This document shows positions 1 to 10,950 of a stretch of DNA of 64,000 nucleotides, piece after piece (position 1 is the first letter of the stretch; every line of letters starts with the position of its first letter). This DNA comes from Halorutilales archaeon Cl-col2-1. GTDB taxonomy: Archaea > Halobacteriota > Halobacteria > Halobacteriales > Afararchaeaceae. The DNA is taken from the NCBI GenBank assembly GCA_041891055.1, contig CP169074.1, positions 352,001 through 416,000 of the forward strand, in the 5' to 3' direction. The position numbers and the translations under genes are program-made. The notes beneath the pieces are model-generated. The model did not search any database, was not told where the DNA came from, and was given only the letters and a program-made list of their open reading frames with translations.

Positions 1-191
1 GCGTCGTGGTAGACGAAAGCTGCCCTCACGGTCTCGTCTGTGTCGGTGTCTTCCCCCTCATCTGTTGTGTCGGATGACTGGGTTCTATCACCGTTCCCAG
101 ACGTAGGTTTGTGTGTTCGAAGACAGCCGCTTAGACCGGCTAATCCGGCTGTAGCCAGTTGTTTGAGAGTATCCCTTCGTGTAATCTTCAT
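1..191 (-). CDS. 5' part of a Tat-lipoprotein, probably a BMP-family ABC substrate-binding protein (runs off the window)
   Basis: Hand translation from ATG at 191: MKITRRDTLKQLATAGLAGLSGC (twin-Arg plus lipobox), acidic linker, then VRAAFVYHD. Not in the ORF track. Confidence 0.75.
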   Translation of the reverse strand, partial: MKITRRDTLKQLATAGLAGLSGCLRTHKPTSGNGDRTQSSDTTDEGEDTDTDETVRAAFVYHD

Positions 192-381
192 TTTGACTCA
201 GTCTATCCCCAGAGGCTAACATAGTTTCTCTGGAATCCTGTATCTATAATTGTTTAAATTATAAGTAAATTAGGGTGCCTGGACAGTCCTCAGACTACAT
301 CGTCTAACTAAGTAACTAAGGAGAAGCTCCAGGTTTGGTCGGAAGTAGTACTCGTCTCAGAGGATAAGAGTTCAGACGGAG

Positions 382-1611
382 TTAAGCGAACATCCTGCCC
401 GACTCGCCGTCGGAGCTCTTGTCGTCGCGCACCTTGTCGTAGGCGTCGAGGAAGTCACCCATCTCGACAGTCTCTCTCCGGTCACGTATAGCGAACATAC
501 CCGCCTCGGTACAGACCGCCTTTATATCGGCTCCACTCATTCCGTCGGTGAGACGCGCGAGCCTCTCGTAGTCGATGTCGTCTGTCTGCATGTTGCGCGT
601 GTGTACCTTGAATATCTCGGCACGTCCCTCCTCGTCGGGAGGCGGAACCTCTATCAGACGGTCGAACCTTCCGGGTCGGAGTATGGCTCGGTCGAGCATG
701 TCGAACCTGTTGGTCGCGGCTATGATCTTGACATCACCTCTCCTGTCGAAGCCGTCCATCTCGCTCAGGAGCTGCATCATCGTCCTCTGAACCTCGGCGT
801 CACCGCTCGTCTTCGAGTCAGTACGTTTCGAGGCGACTGCGTCGATCTCGTCTATGAAGATCACGCTCGGCGACTTCTGGCGCGCGACCTCGAAGAGATC
901 ACGGACGAGACGCGCTCCCTCTCCGATAAACTTGTGGACGAGTTCGCTTCCCGCCATCTTGATGAAGGTCGCGTCGGTTCTGTTGGCGACTGCCTTTGCG
1001 AGCATCGTCTTACCTGTGCCGGGCGGACCGTGTAGGAGTATGCCACCGGGGGGCTCGATACCCGCGTTCTCGAAGAGCTCGGGCTCATCTAGTGGCATCT
1101 CGACCGTCTCGGAGACCTCCTGTATCTTATCGTCGAGACCCCCTATGTCCTCGTATCCTACCTCGGGGTTCTCGGAGACCTCCATCACGCGTGCCCTCAT
1201 GTCGGTCGAGTCCTCGAGTGTCTCTACGACCGAGAGCGAGTTGTTGACCGCGACACGTGTGCCTATCTCGATCTCGTCACGCATCCTCTCGGGAACTTCA
1301 GTAAGTGCCTCTTGGTTGTTCCCGTGCTGTCGGATGATGACGCCCTCGTCGGTAATCTCCTCTACCGTAGCCACGAATAAGGGCGACTGCTTGAGCTTCT
1401 CGTTCTCGTGCTTGAGACGCTGTACCTTCTGCTCGTACTTGTTCTTCTCCGCGTTGGCGTCGAGAAGATCGTCACGTACCTTCTCGTTCTTACGCTGTAG
1501 GTTCTTGACCTCCTCTTGTAACTCCTCTATGCGTTCCTGTGGAGTCTTATCGCTGTCGACAGGTGAGTCAACATCGTCCGCGTCTGCAACGTCGTCCGAG
1601 AAATCACTCAT
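382..1611 (-). CDS. pan: Proteasome-activating nucleotidase (AAA+ ATPase)
   Basis: N-terminal coiled coil, GPPGTGKT Walker A, IFIDEID Walker B, AILRPGRFDR, C-terminal MFA. Start MSDFSDD preferred over 1728, which overlaps the upstream gene. Confidence 0.95.
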   Translation of the reverse strand: MSDFSDDVADADDVDSPVDSDKTPQERIEELQEEVKNLQRKNEKVRDDLLDANAEKNKYEQKVQRLKHENEKLKQSPLFVATVEEITDEGVIIRQHGNNQEALTEVPERMRDEIEIGTRVAVNNSLSVVETLEDSTDMRARVMEVSENPEVGYEDIGGLDDKIQEVSETVEMPLDEPELFENAGIEPPGGILLHGPPGTGKTMLAKAVANRTDATFIKMAGSELVHKFIGEGARLVRDLFEVARQKSPSVIFIDEIDAVASKRTDSKTSGDAEVQRTMMQLLSEMDGFDRRGDVKIIAATNRFDMLDRAILRPGRFDRLIEVPPPDEEGRAEIFKVHTRNMQTDDIDYERLARLTDGMSGADIKAVCTEAGMFAIRDRRETVEMGDFLDAYDKVRDDKSSDGESGRMFA

Positions 1612-1673
1612 ACAGCCACGAGTAGTATCTCCTAATAAAAAGGGGTTTGGGTTATTGTCACAAGGACTCGGCT

Positions 1674-2300
1674 TCAGGGCTTCTCGCTCGACCAGACCTT
1701 GAGATCCGACCTCGGCATCGCGACACACGTGAGAGCGTATCCCTCTTCCTCGTCCTCCTCGCTTATCGAGTTAGCGCGCGGCTCGTCTATCTCGCCCTCG
1801 ACACGCGCCGCACAAGCGACACATTCCCCCTCACGGCAGGCGAATGGAAGATCGAGGTCGGCTTCCTCTCCGGCGTCGAGTATGTACTGATCGCCCTTAA
1901 CCTCGACAGTCTTACCTTCCTTGACGAACTCGATCTCGTAGGTCGCCTCGCGCTCCTCCTCGGGGACGTCTTCCTCGACTCCTCCTTCTTCCTCGGCGGC
2001 TTCTTCCTCTTCTTCCTCTTCCTTTATCTCGAACGACTCGGGGTTTCTGAAGACAGTACGTGAGACATAGCCCGAATCGGGAGAGACGAGAGACATTCTG
2101 TACATCTCGTCGCCAGCGTGTATAGTCGCCTGATAGACCTCGTTCGATCCCTCACGTGCCCTCAGTCTGACGCGTTTTATGTTTCGCCCGCGCTCTTCGA
2201 GATACTCGATCTCCTCGTCGACCGCCTCTCTCAGCTCGTCGGGTATCTCGAAGTTGCCCGCCCTCTCAAGGCGATCCGGATCGACCGTCTTGCTCTCCAT
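1674..2300 (-). CDS. 2Fe-2S ferredoxin with an N-terminal extension of unknown function
   Basis: ACREGECVAC...ALTCVA (CX4CX2C...C) in the C-terminal domain, preceded by a poly-Glu linker. Confidence 0.85.
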   Translation of the reverse strand: MESKTVDPDRLERAGNFEIPDELREAVDEEIEYLEERGRNIKRVRLRAREGSNEVYQATIHAGDEMYRMSLVSPDSGYVSRTVFRNPESFEIKEEEEEEEAAEEEGGVEEDVPEEEREATYEIEFVKEGKTVEVKGDQYILDAGEEADLDLPFACREGECVACAARVEGEIDEPRANSISEEDEEEGYALTCVAMPRSDLKVWSSEKP

Positions 2301-2366
2301 GGGCTTTGTAGACGTCCCACATAGATAATAACTTTTCTTTATGTCTCGACACGAACGACACTATGA

Positions 2367-3254
2367 CTACGTTTCGACGCCGAGGTACTCGCCTAAGCTC
2401 GTGAGTTCGTCGTCGGTGTAGCCGAACTCCGGGGCGTCGTTCGACTCGGTAGTGTTGTCGAACTTGAGCGACCTGTACTGGTCGACTCCAACGGGGACGA
2501 AAGGAATCAACTCGGCGACCGAGAGACCCGCCTTCGCCGCAATCATTGGAACGGGTACGAAACGCGGCTTCTTGTCGTTGTACCGGAATGCTTGGCTCAC
2601 GACTTCTTTGAGAGTCAGAACCTCGGGTCCACCTATCTCATAGACTCCGTCGGCTTCTACCTCTCCGGTCGCGGCGTCTGCCATCATCTCGGCGAGATCT
2701 TCGACATAGACTGGCTGAAAACGTGTCCTACCGCCTCCGACGAGTGGGAAGAAGGGTGCCTTTGAGGTCACGTCCTTGAACTGGCTTATGAACTCGTCTC
2801 CGTCGCCGAAGATCACCGACGGCTTGAAGATGTGGTAGTCGAGGTTCGAGTTTTTGACGTAGTTCTCCGCAACCCCCTTAGTACGTATGTACTCGGTACT
2901 TCCACCGGGGTCAGCTCCGAGCGCGCTCATATGGACGTATCTCTCGACCCCGGCGTCCTCCGCCGCCTTCACGACGTTCTTCGTCCCCTCGACGTGTACC
3001 TGGTGGTAGGACACTCCGCCCGGGGTGAAGAGGGGTGACAGACCCACGAGGTTGACTACGGTCTCGTAGCCGTCGAACTCCAGGCTGTCGGGGTCTGAGA
3101 CGTCTGCGCGCACGCTTCCGACTGATTCGGGGACATCGGTGTTCGTGGTCTCGGGATGGCGCGACGCGGCGTCGACGTCGATGCCTCTCCCGGCAAGCGC
3201 GGATACGAGGTACGAGCCTACGAAGCCCGTGCCTCCGAGGACTATGACGGACAT
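2367..3254 (-). CDS. NAD-dependent epimerase / complex I NDUFA9-like SDR
   Basis: GGTGFVG Rossmann motif, MSALGA, YIRTK, FQPVYVED. Confidence 0.9.
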   Translation of the reverse strand: MSVIVLGGTGFVGSYLVSALAGRGIDVDAASRHPETTNTDVPESVGSVRADVSDPDSLEFDGYETVVNLVGLSPLFTPGGVSYHQVHVEGTKNVVKAAEDAGVERYVHMSALGADPGGSTEYIRTKGVAENYVKNSNLDYHIFKPSVIFGDGDEFISQFKDVTSKAPFFPLVGGGRTRFQPVYVEDLAEMMADAATGEVEADGVYEIGGPEVLTLKEVVSQAFRYNDKKPRFVPVPMIAAKAGLSVAELIPFVPVGVDQYRSLKFDNTTESNDAPEFGYTDDELTSLGEYLGVET

Positions 3255-3327
3255 AAGTTAAGAAACGTGATAGAGATGGATAAAACCCGAGGCTGATGCC
3301 GTCTTTCCAGCAAGTCGCGACCGTAAG

Positions 3328-4062
3328 TCAGACCGTCAGACTCTCACCGTCGTCGGGTATACTCACGTCGCCGTTGAACTCGTCGGCTACTTTACGTCTC
3401 ATCTTCCTCTCTTTCCCTCTCGTCTGGGGATAGAGATGTGTTAGATAGATCTCTCCGACGTCGAGGTCGGGGGCTATCTCGGCTATGTCCGACGGACGGC
3501 TGTGTCCCGTGACGTCAACCCCGTCAGGGAAAGCACATTCGTGTATGAGTAGGTCACAGCCCTCGGAGAACTCGACTGTCTCGTCTATGACCTCGGTGTC
3601 ACCCGTGTAGACGACGTCTCCTATCCGGAACCCCATTGACTCGTCGGTGTGTGATGTCTCGTAAGTCTCGATCTGTCTTCCGCCCGCCTTGAAGCTCTCA
3701 CCCGGCTGTATCTCCTCGATTTCGAGATCTATGCGTCCCTTCATGTAGTCGTAGGCATCCAAGAGGCTCTCGACCGTCTCACGTGTACCCGGTGGACCGT
3801 GGATGGTGAGAGATGTCTTCCCGACTATCCAGTCTGCCTTCATCAGAGCCGGAATGTCAGAGACATGGTCGATATGAGTGTGTGAGACTAAGATGTCCTC
3901 TATCTCGTCGAAAGAGGTCGCATCGTCTTCCCTCTCCGCCTGTCCGAGACGGTGGAGGACACCGCTTCCGCAGTCCACGAGTATGTCGTCGACTAAGACG
4001 CCGCTCTGTACCCTTTCCGACGGAACTGCCGCTCCCGTACCTAGAAATCTAATCTCCGCCAT
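3328..4062 (-). CDS. MBL-fold metallo-hydrolase (RNase Z-like)
   Basis: Starts MAEIRFLGTG; SHTHIDH motif, TGDT, HEC, LTHLY. Confidence 0.9.
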   Translation of the reverse strand: MAEIRFLGTGAAVPSERVQSGVLVDDILVDCGSGVLHRLGQAEREDDATSFDEIEDILVSHTHIDHVSDIPALMKADWIVGKTSLTIHGPPGTRETVESLLDAYDYMKGRIDLEIEEIQPGESFKAGGRQIETYETSHTDESMGFRIGDVVYTGDTEVIDETVEFSEGCDLLIHECAFPDGVDVTGHSRPSDIAEIAPDLDVGEIYLTHLYPQTRGKERKMRRKVADEFNGDVSIPDDGESLTV

Positions 4063-4189
4063 ACACGGAGTTCGAACGTCGGACTTGTGTCTCTTCTGTT
4101 CTCTTCTTTTCTTCTCCGGACAGATGAACCAAACCAAACCCTGACGAGGCTTAGAAAACGTTTTACGAACACGCGGGTTAGAACCCACT

Positions 4190-7075
4190 ATGACCGAAGG
4201 TCTCGAAGACGGGTTCGACCACGACACCGACGCCGACGGCGGGAGGGAGTCAACTCAGAACTCCGCCGGAGGCGGGGATAACGGTGATGGCGGTGACATA
4301 TCCGATCTTCTCCGTCTCGACTACTTCGAGGAGAACGGCTTCGAACGTAAGAAATGCCCCGACTGTGGACGTTTCTTCTGGACGCGCGACTCTTCGAGGG
4401 AGGTCTGTGGCGAACCTCCGTGTGATGACTACTCTTTTATCGACAACTCTCCATTCGACGACGAGTACAGCTTAGAGGAGATGCGTGAGGAGTTCCTGTC
4501 CTTCTTCGAGGAACACGACCACGAACGTATAGAGCCGTATCCAGTCGACGCTTCAAGGTGGCGTGACGACGTTCTTCTGACACAGGCGAGCATCTACGAC
4601 TTCCAGCCTCTCGTGACAAGCGGTAAGACGCCGCCTCCCGCGAACCCGCTGTGTATCTCCCAGCCGTGTATACGTATGCAGGACATCGACAACGTCGGCA
4701 AGACGGGACGCCACACACTCGCCTTCGAGATGATGGCACACCACGCCTTCAACTCGCGAACTGAGGGGGGTGCGTACGAGGGTGAGGTCTACTGGAAGGA
4801 AGAGACAGTCGAGTACTGTGACACCTTCCTCGAATCACTTGGTGCACCCTTGGACGAAATTACGTACGTCGAGTCGCCGTGGGTTGGTGGCGGAAACGCA
4901 GGACCGGCATTCGAAGTAATCCTGAGGGGGGCAGAGGTTGCCACTCTCGTCTTCATGAACCTCGAACGTGATGACGACGGCGAGTACGTCATGAAGGACG
5001 GCAACCGTTACTCCGAGATGGACAACTACATAGTCGATACGGGGTACGGTCTCGAACGTTTCACGTGGGTGAGTCAGGGAACTTCGACCGTCTACGAGGC
5101 TATCTATCCCGAGATGATAGAGTACCTCACCGACGAGGCTGGGATAAAACACGCCGACAACGAGGAGGAGATACTCTCTGACGTCGCGCGTCTCGCGGGA
5201 AGACTCGACGCCGACGAGGTCGACGACCTGAGCCATGTCAGGGAACAGGTTGCCGACGACGTCGGAATCACACTCGACGAACTCGACAGGATACTCACGC
5301 CTCTCGAAAACATCTTCGCTATCTCGGACCACTCGCGCGTACTCGCTTACATGCTCGGCGACGGCATAGTCCCGAGCAACGTCGGCACGGGATACCTCGC
5401 CCGCCTCGTTCTGAGACGCACCGTACGTCTCATCGATGATGTAGGACTCGACACCCAACTCTCCGAACTCGTCGACAGACAGGCGAAACGTCTCGGATAC
5501 GGAGACCGCGACACTATACGTGATATAGTCGACACCGAGGTCGAGAAGTACCGCGAGACACTCGAAAGGGGAGAACGTCTAGTGAGAAGGACGACGCGCG
5601 AGTACGCGGGTACGGGAGAGTCTGTTCCAGTCGACGACCTCATAGAGCTCTACGACTCCCACGGAATACAGCCAGAGACGGTCGAGGAGATAGCCGAGGA
5701 GCAAGACGTAGACGTAGATATACCTGACGACTTCTATTCGCGCGTCGCAGAGCGCCACGAGGAGAGGGGTGGTGAGGCTCCCGAGGCGGCACACGAGACA
5801 GACGACGATATTATCGAGGACAGGGTCGAGGGACTCCCCGAGACTGAGACACTCTACTACGATAACCCCGAGCGTACGGAGTTCGAGGCTGTGGTTCTAG
5901 ACGTCTTCGAGGATGAGTCCGGAGAGGGCTACGACGTCGTCCTCGATCAGACGCTCTTCTACCCCGAGGGAGGAGGACAGCCCGCCGATCACGGGATCAT
6001 AAGGAACGGCAAGACCGTACGTGTCGACGACGTTCAGAAGGTCGACGGTGTGATAATCCACCACACCGACGGGAACCCGGGGAAGGGCGACGTAGTCAAG
6101 GGACGTATAGACTCCGACAGGAGACGGTCGCTGATGCGTCACCACACCGCGACCCACATAGTCATAGACGCAGCGCGTGACGTTCTGGGCGACCACATAC
6201 GTCAGGCGGGCGCACAGAAGGGTGTCGAGAGCTCACGTATAGACGTAACACATTACAGACGTATCACCGACGAAGAGGTCAAGGAGATCGAGACCGAGGC
6301 TAACAGAAGGGTGATGGAAAATATCCGTGTCGACGACGAGTGGATCGACAGACACGAGGCGGAGGACGAGTACGGATTCGACCTCTACCAGGGAGGAGTT
6401 CCGCCCGGCGAGGAGATACGTATAGTCGAGGTCGGCGAGGACATACAGGCGTGTGGAGGAACCCACGTAGACAGGACAGGAGACGTAGGCGTAATAAAGA
6501 TACTCGGAACCGAACGCGTACAGGACGGCGTCGAGAGGATAGAGTTCTCTGCGGGAGAGGAGGGTGTCAAGTCGATCCAGAAAGAGAACGAGCTTCTCGA
6601 CGAGACCGCCGACGTCTTAGGCGTCTCGCCCGACGAAGTCCCCGAGACAGCCGAGAGGTTCTTCGACGAGTGGAAGGAGAGAGGGAAAGAGATAGACCGT
6701 CTCAAGAAGGAGATAGCGGAGCTACGTGCGTCGGGAAGCGGCGGGGACACAGACGAGACCGAAGTCGAGGGAGTCACAGTTGTGACACAGAAGATAGACG
6801 GTGACATAGACGCTCTCCGCGCCTCGGCTAACTCGTTCGTCGAGGACGGCAAGGTAGCAGTCGTTGCAAGTACAGACGGAGACGCCCAGGTCGTCGTGGG
6901 ATCGCCCGAGGACGTCGATGTAGATGCCGGAGAGATAGCCTCACGTCTCTCTGAGTCTCTCGGAGGCGGAGGAGGGGGATCCCCCGAGTTCGGACAGGGC
7001 GGAGGACCCAGAAAGGAGAAACTTGACGAGGCTCTCGACTCTGTTGTAGACATGGTCAAGGAGGATCTGTCATGA
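4190..7075 (+). CDS. alaS: Alanine--tRNA ligase (archaeal type)
   Basis: [19 protein letters not shown], editing-domain HHTATH and CGGTH, C-terminal GGGGG DHHA1-like domain. Confidence 0.97.
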   Translation: MTEGLEDGFDHDTDADGGRESTQNSAGGGDNGDGGDISDLLRLDYFEENGFERKKCPDCGRFFWTRDSSREVCGEPPCDDYSFIDNSPFDDEYSLEEMREEFLSFFEEHDHERIEPYPVDASRWRDDVLLTQASIYDFQPLVTSGKTPPPANPLCISQPCIRMQDIDNVGKTGRHTLAFEMMAHHAFNSRTEGGAYEGEVYWKEETVEYCDTFLESLGAPLDEITYVESPWVGGGNAGPAFEVILRGAEVATLVFMNLERDDDGEYVMKDGNRYSEMDNYIVDTGYGLERFTWVSQGTSTVYEAIYPEMIEYLTDEAGIKHADNEEEILSDVARLAGRLDADEVDDLSHVREQVADDVGITLDELDRILTPLENIFAISDHSRVLAYMLGDGIVPSNVGTGYLARLVLRRTVRLIDDVGLDTQLSELVDRQAKRLGYGDRDTIRDIVDTEVEKYRETLERGERLVRRTTREYAGTGESVPVDDLIELYDSHGIQPETVEEIAEEQDVDVDIPDDFYSRVAERHEERGGEAPEAAHETDDDIIEDRVEGLPETETLYYDNPERTEFEAVVLDVFEDESGEGYDVVLDQTLFYPEGGGQPADHGIIRNGKTVRVDDVQKVDGVIIHHTDGNPGKGDVVKGRIDSDRRRSLMRHHTATHIVIDAARDVLGDHIRQAGAQKGVESSRIDVTHYRRITDEEVKEIETEANRRVMENIRVDDEWIDRHEAEDEYGFDLYQGGVPPGEEIRIVEVGEDIQACGGTHVDRTGDVGVIKILGTERVQDGVERIEFSAGEEGVKSIQKENELLDETADVLGVSPDEVPETAERFFDEWKERGKEIDRLKKEIAELRASGSGGDTDETEVEGVTVVTQKIDGDIDALRASANSFVEDGKVAVVASTDGDAQVVVGSPEDVDVDAGEIASRLSESLGGGGGGSPEFGQGGGPRKEKLDEALDSVVDMVKEDLS

Positions 7076-8256
7076 GCTGGCTAGAGTGTATCGAGTGCGG
7101 CGAGACGTACAAGGGAGACAAGCCGCGTTACACGTGTGACTGTGGGGCTCTCTTAGACGTCAAGTACGATGTGACGCCTTCCAGAACCGACTTCTCGGGT
7201 TCCCTCGGTGTCTGGAGGTACTCGTCACTTCTCCCCGTCGACAGCCACTCAACGTTACAGGAAGGCGGTACTCCCCTCTACGACGCCGACAAGCTCTCCG
7301 GAGAGCTCGGTGTCGACCTACATATAAAACACGAGGGGATGAACCCCACCGGGAGCTTCAAGGACAGGGGGATGACCGTCGGAGTCTCGAAGGCGATAGA
7401 GCTCGGCATAGAGAGAGTCGCGTGTGCCTCAACGGGTAACACGAGCGCCGCGCTCGCCGCATACGGCGCGGGAGCCGACATACCCGCGGTGGTTCTCTTG
7501 CCCCAGGACAAGGTCGCTATGGGTAAGATAGCACAGGCACTGATGCACGGAGCCGAGGTTCTCGAACTTGACGGCAACTTCGACGACTGCCTCGACATCG
7601 TGAGGTCTCTCGGCGAGAAGGAGTACTTCTACGTCCTCAACAGCGTCAATCCCTACCGCTTAGAGGGACAGAAGACGATAGCCTTCGAGGTTCTCGAACA
7701 GCTCGACTGGGAGATTCCCGACAGGGTTGTTCTTCCCGTCGGAAACGCGGGCAACATAAGCGCGCTCCACAAGGGATTCCGTGAGCTCTACAACGCCGAG
7801 GTCATAGACGAGCTTCCGAAGATGACAGGAGTACAGGCGAAAGGAGCCTCGCCGTTCGCACACGCAGTCAAGAAAGGCGGTCCGCTCGAACCCTTCAACG
7901 AGCCCGAGACGAAGGCAACCGCGATACGTATAGGCGACCCGGTCAACGCGCCTAAGGCGAGGAGGGCGATAGAGGACACCGACGGAACCGCGACTTGGGT
8001 CGACGACGAGACTATCGCGGAGTTCCAGTCGAAGCTCGCCTCCGAAGAGGGAATAGGCGTAGAGCCCGCGAGCGCGACCTCGGTCGCTGGAGTCGCCGAC
8101 CTCATTGAGGCGGGCGAGATAGACGAGGGCGAGACTGTGGTCTCGGTCGCGACGGGACATCTCCTCAAAGACCCCGATGCCGCCCTCGAAGCCTCGGGAC
8201 GTCCGACTCAGGCAGACGCCACCGACGAGGCAGTCATCGAGGCTCTCGAAGAGTAG
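7072..8256 (+). CDS. thrC: Threonine synthase
   Basis: [13 protein letters not shown] lysine, [21 protein letters not shown]; ATGA overlap with alaS. Confidence 0.95.
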   Translation: MSWLECIECGETYKGDKPRYTCDCGALLDVKYDVTPSRTDFSGSLGVWRYSSLLPVDSHSTLQEGGTPLYDADKLSGELGVDLHIKHEGMNPTGSFKDRGMTVGVSKAIELGIERVACASTGNTSAALAAYGAGADIPAVVLLPQDKVAMGKIAQALMHGAEVLELDGNFDDCLDIVRSLGEKEYFYVLNSVNPYRLEGQKTIAFEVLEQLDWEIPDRVVLPVGNAGNISALHKGFRELYNAEVIDELPKMTGVQAKGASPFAHAVKKGGPLEPFNEPETKATAIRIGDPVNAPKARRAIEDTDGTATWVDDETIAEFQSKLASEEGIGVEPASATSVAGVADLIEAGEIDEGETVVSVATGHLLKDPDAALEASGRPTQADATDEAVIEALEE

Positions 8257-8305
8257 AAGAGCAGTAGACCGACGGAGTTTTTGTCTTTCTCAGCGTATAT
8301 ACGGC

Positions 8306-9289
8306 GTGGAATCGTTAGTCGAACTCGTACTCACGAGGGTTGTTCCACGTGTTCTCAAGATAGCCCTTCTGATAGGCGTAGGAGTGTCTCTCGCTAACAT
8401 AGCCGTTGAGTTCGGTGCTGTAAAACGCATAGCATCGGTGGCGCGTCCCATAACTAAGGCGGCGAACCTCCCCGAGGAAGTCGGGACTGCTATACTCGCC
8501 ACCGCCGCCTCTACGACTGCTGGCTACGGAATGCTCGCCGAGTACCGCGAGTCGGGGAAGATAGACGACACGGAGACGCTGATCGCTGTCACTATAAACA
8601 CCTTCTTCGGCTTCGCACAGCATATACTCACTTTCTACGCTCCCGTTCTGATACCTATACTCGGTCTCAAGGTGGGACTGATGTACGTCGGAGCGCGTGC
8701 GGCGATCAGCCTCTCGATTACATTTGTCGGAATCGCAGCGGGAGCACTACTCCTCTCCGATGTATCTCGGGAGAACGAGACAGAGGTCACTGGTTCGAAA
8801 GTAGATACCGACGCTGACACCGATGTCGACGATGACACGAGGACACCCAAAGAAAAAACACGCGAAGCCCTCGGATCGAGTACCTCGACACTCAGGAGTA
8901 TACTCCCTCGTCTCGCGGTGATCTATACCGTAGTCGTCGTCTTGACAGAGAACTACGACGTCAGGTCTCTCACCTCTTTCGGACAGCCTATCGCCGAGGT
9001 CACGGGTCTGCCGAGCGAGAGTATTCCTGTTATAGCCGTCTATGCTATCGATACCACGAGCGGGACTCTCACACTCGCGCCGATGCTCAATACCGCCTTC
9101 ACGTCTAGGCAGGCGGTCGCGACTATGCTGATAGGCGGTATCGTCTCTTTTGCAGTCACGACATTCAGACGGTCGATCCCTTTCCAGTACGGTATGTGGG
9201 GAGCGAAGTTCGGCTCGAAGGTCATCATACTCAACACGACTCTCAAGGTAATCTTTATATCGTTGACAGTCGCTCTGCTTCTCTACTGA
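8306..9289 (+). CDS. Nucleoside-recognition (Gate) domain membrane protein
   Basis: Multi-TM protein with two similar halves and an acidic central loop; GTG at 8306 chosen to avoid overlapping thrC. Confidence 0.7.
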   Translation: MESLVELVLTRVVPRVLKIALLIGVGVSLANIAVEFGAVKRIASVARPITKAANLPEEVGTAILATAASTTAGYGMLAEYRESGKIDDTETLIAVTINTFFGFAQHILTFYAPVLIPILGLKVGLMYVGARAAISLSITFVGIAAGALLLSDVSRENETEVTGSKVDTDADTDVDDDTRTPKEKTREALGSSTSTLRSILPRLAVIYTVVVVLTENYDVRSLTSFGQPIAEVTGLPSESIPVIAVYAIDTTSGTLTLAPMLNTAFTSRQAVATMLIGGIVSFAVTTFRRSIPFQYGMWGAKFGSKVIILNTTLKVIFISLTVALLLY

Positions 9290-9332
9290 GACACGTCGGT
9301 GGTTTTTATACGTGAGTCGCCGTATCTCAGAC

Positions 9333-10403
9333 ATGGACGACGACTCCTTAGACTTCCTCAGAAGACTCGTAGAGACTCCAAGCCCGTCAGGTTTCGAGAT
9401 TCCCAACCTCGAAAACTGGCGTGAGAGGGTCGGGGACTTCGCCGACGAGATCGAGACAGACGCCTACGGCAACACGACGGCGACCCTAAACCCCGGCTGT
9501 GACACCTCGGTCGTTGTGACTGGACACGCCGACGAGATCGGCTTCATGGTGCGTTATATCACCGACGACGGCTACATATACGTCGAACGTATCGGTGGGA
9601 TAGACCCCGGTGTCGCCGAGGGACAGCGCGTCACTGTACACACGCGCGACAACGGAGAAGACATCAAGGGCGTCGTCGGACGTAAGCCGATACATCTCCA
9701 GGAGGACGAAGACAGGGAGAAGGTTCCCGATCTCGAAGAGCTCTGGATTGACATAGGTGCCGACGACAGAGAGGATGTCGAGGACGCGGGTGTCTCAGTC
9801 GGTGACCCCGTGACCTACGATGTCGGTTTCGAAAGGCTCCAGGGCGACGTAGTCGCGGGACGCGGCATAGACAACCGTATAGGCATCTGGGTCGCCGCGG
9901 AGGTTCTGAGAGCCGTCGATCCCGAAAAACTCGATGTTACACTCCACGCCGTAGCGACCGTACAGGAGGAGGTCGGTCTCAAGGGCGCACAGATGGTGGG
10001 ATACGACCTCGACCCCGACGTCGCACTCGTCGTCGATGTCACATTCGCCACCGACATGCCCGGTCTGAGCGGCAAGAAACACGGCGAGATAAACCTGGGT
10101 GAGGGACCTGCACTCAAACACGGGAGAGAGAACCATCCCCGTGTCCTCGAACACCTCCAGACAGTCTCCGATAGCCGAGGTATAGAACTCCAGAACGAGC
10201 CTATGATGACACGTGGAGGAACCGATGCCGACGCCTTCTACGTCTCGCGTGGCGGAATAGCTTCTGCCTCCGTCGGAGTTCCGAACCGTTACATGCACAC
10301 CCCCTCCGAGGTCGTGAGCCTGACCGACCTCGAAGACGCGCGTGACCTCTTTGCGGGCTTCGTAGAGGAGCTAGATCCCGACGAGAGCCTGAGACGTATC
10401 TGA
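9333..10403 (+). CDS. M42-family aminopeptidase (TET-like)
   Basis: PSPSGFE, GHADEIG, DNRIG, VQEEVG, GGTDA, RYMHTP. Confidence 0.92.
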   Translation: MDDDSLDFLRRLVETPSPSGFEIPNLENWRERVGDFADEIETDAYGNTTATLNPGCDTSVVVTGHADEIGFMVRYITDDGYIYVERIGGIDPGVAEGQRVTVHTRDNGEDIKGVVGRKPIHLQEDEDREKVPDLEELWIDIGADDREDVEDAGVSVGDPVTYDVGFERLQGDVVAGRGIDNRIGIWVAAEVLRAVDPEKLDVTLHAVATVQEEVGLKGAQMVGYDLDPDVALVVDVTFATDMPGLSGKKHGEINLGEGPALKHGRENHPRVLEHLQTVSDSRGIELQNEPMMTRGGTDADAFYVSRGGIASASVGVPNRYMHTPSEVVSLTDLEDARDLFAGFVEELDPDESLRRI

Positions 10404-10532
10404 GGCGAGAACGACACGACGCAGTCTGACACCGAACGGAGGGACGGAAGACCGGATACAGATCTTAAACAGGTCTGCCCCCGGTATGAAACCAAAGTAT
10501 TCAAGGTCTGACACCCGTAAGTATGGGGTAGA

Positions 10533-10604
10533 GGGCTCGTAGATCAGGGGTAGATCACTCCCTTGGCATGGGAGAGGCCCCGGGTTCAAATCCCGGCGAG
10601 TCCA
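10533..10604 (+). tRNA. tRNA-Ala(GGC)
   Basis: Acceptor GGGCTCG/CGAGTCC, anticodon arm CTCCC-TTGGCAT-GGGAG, T-arm CCGGG-TTCAAAT-CCCGG; CCA not encoded. Confidence 0.97.
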
Positions 10605-10643
10605 TACTGTTTGTTCGGTCATAAGGAGTGAGGTAAAAACACC

Positions 10644-10725
10644 AGACAGCGTAGAGTTCGTCGCTAAAATCCGCATTTCTGAGAGGAGAGTTCAATTACA
10701 TCGTAATTGCGGGTCTACGCTGTCT
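10644..10725. other. Nested inverted-repeat element (candidate structured RNA or small element)
   Basis: 12-bp perfect IR AGACAGCGTAGA/TCTACGCTGTCT enclosing further possible pairings CCGCA/TGCGG and CAATTAC-ATC-GTAATTG. Confidence 0.45.
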
Positions 10726-10781
10726 TGCGATGACGAGGAGGGAATATTCTTACCAGTAGTATTTCAAGGAGGTGAGTCGTC

Positions 10782-10916
10782 TTGAGCGAGGACTCACAGA
10801 CCCAGAAAATCTACTGCGAAGACTGCAGCCTACATATCGACGCCGAGATCTGGGAGACCCACCTCAGAAACAGACACCCCAGAGAATACGATCCCGCCAC
10901 GTTCGGAAATCTCTAA
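10782..10916 (+). CDS. C2H2 zinc-finger microprotein (44 aa)
   Basis: GGAGGTGA Shine-Dalgarno, TTG start, MSEDSQTQKIYCEDCSLHIDAEIWETHLRNRHPREYDPATFGNL (C-X2-C-X11-H-X4-H). Confidence 0.65.
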   Translation: MSEDSQTQKIYCEDCSLHIDAEIWETHLRNRHPREYDPATFGNL

Positions 10917-10950
10917 TTTCCGAGCCATCAAAATCATAGATTTTGAGACG
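10900..10950. repeat. Triloop-hairpin repeat, two units
   Basis: TCGGAAATC-TCT-AATTTCCGA and TCAAAATC-ATA-GATTTTGA with CGTT, GCC and GACG linkers. Confidence 0.7.

Noticed and set aside
1970-2030. Low-complexity TTC/CTC tract
   Set aside because: It encodes a poly-Glu linker; similar acidic linkers occur in several genes here.
10670-10700. Hammerhead ribozyme core
   Set aside because: CTGAGAG does not fit CUGANGA and there is no properly placed GAAA.
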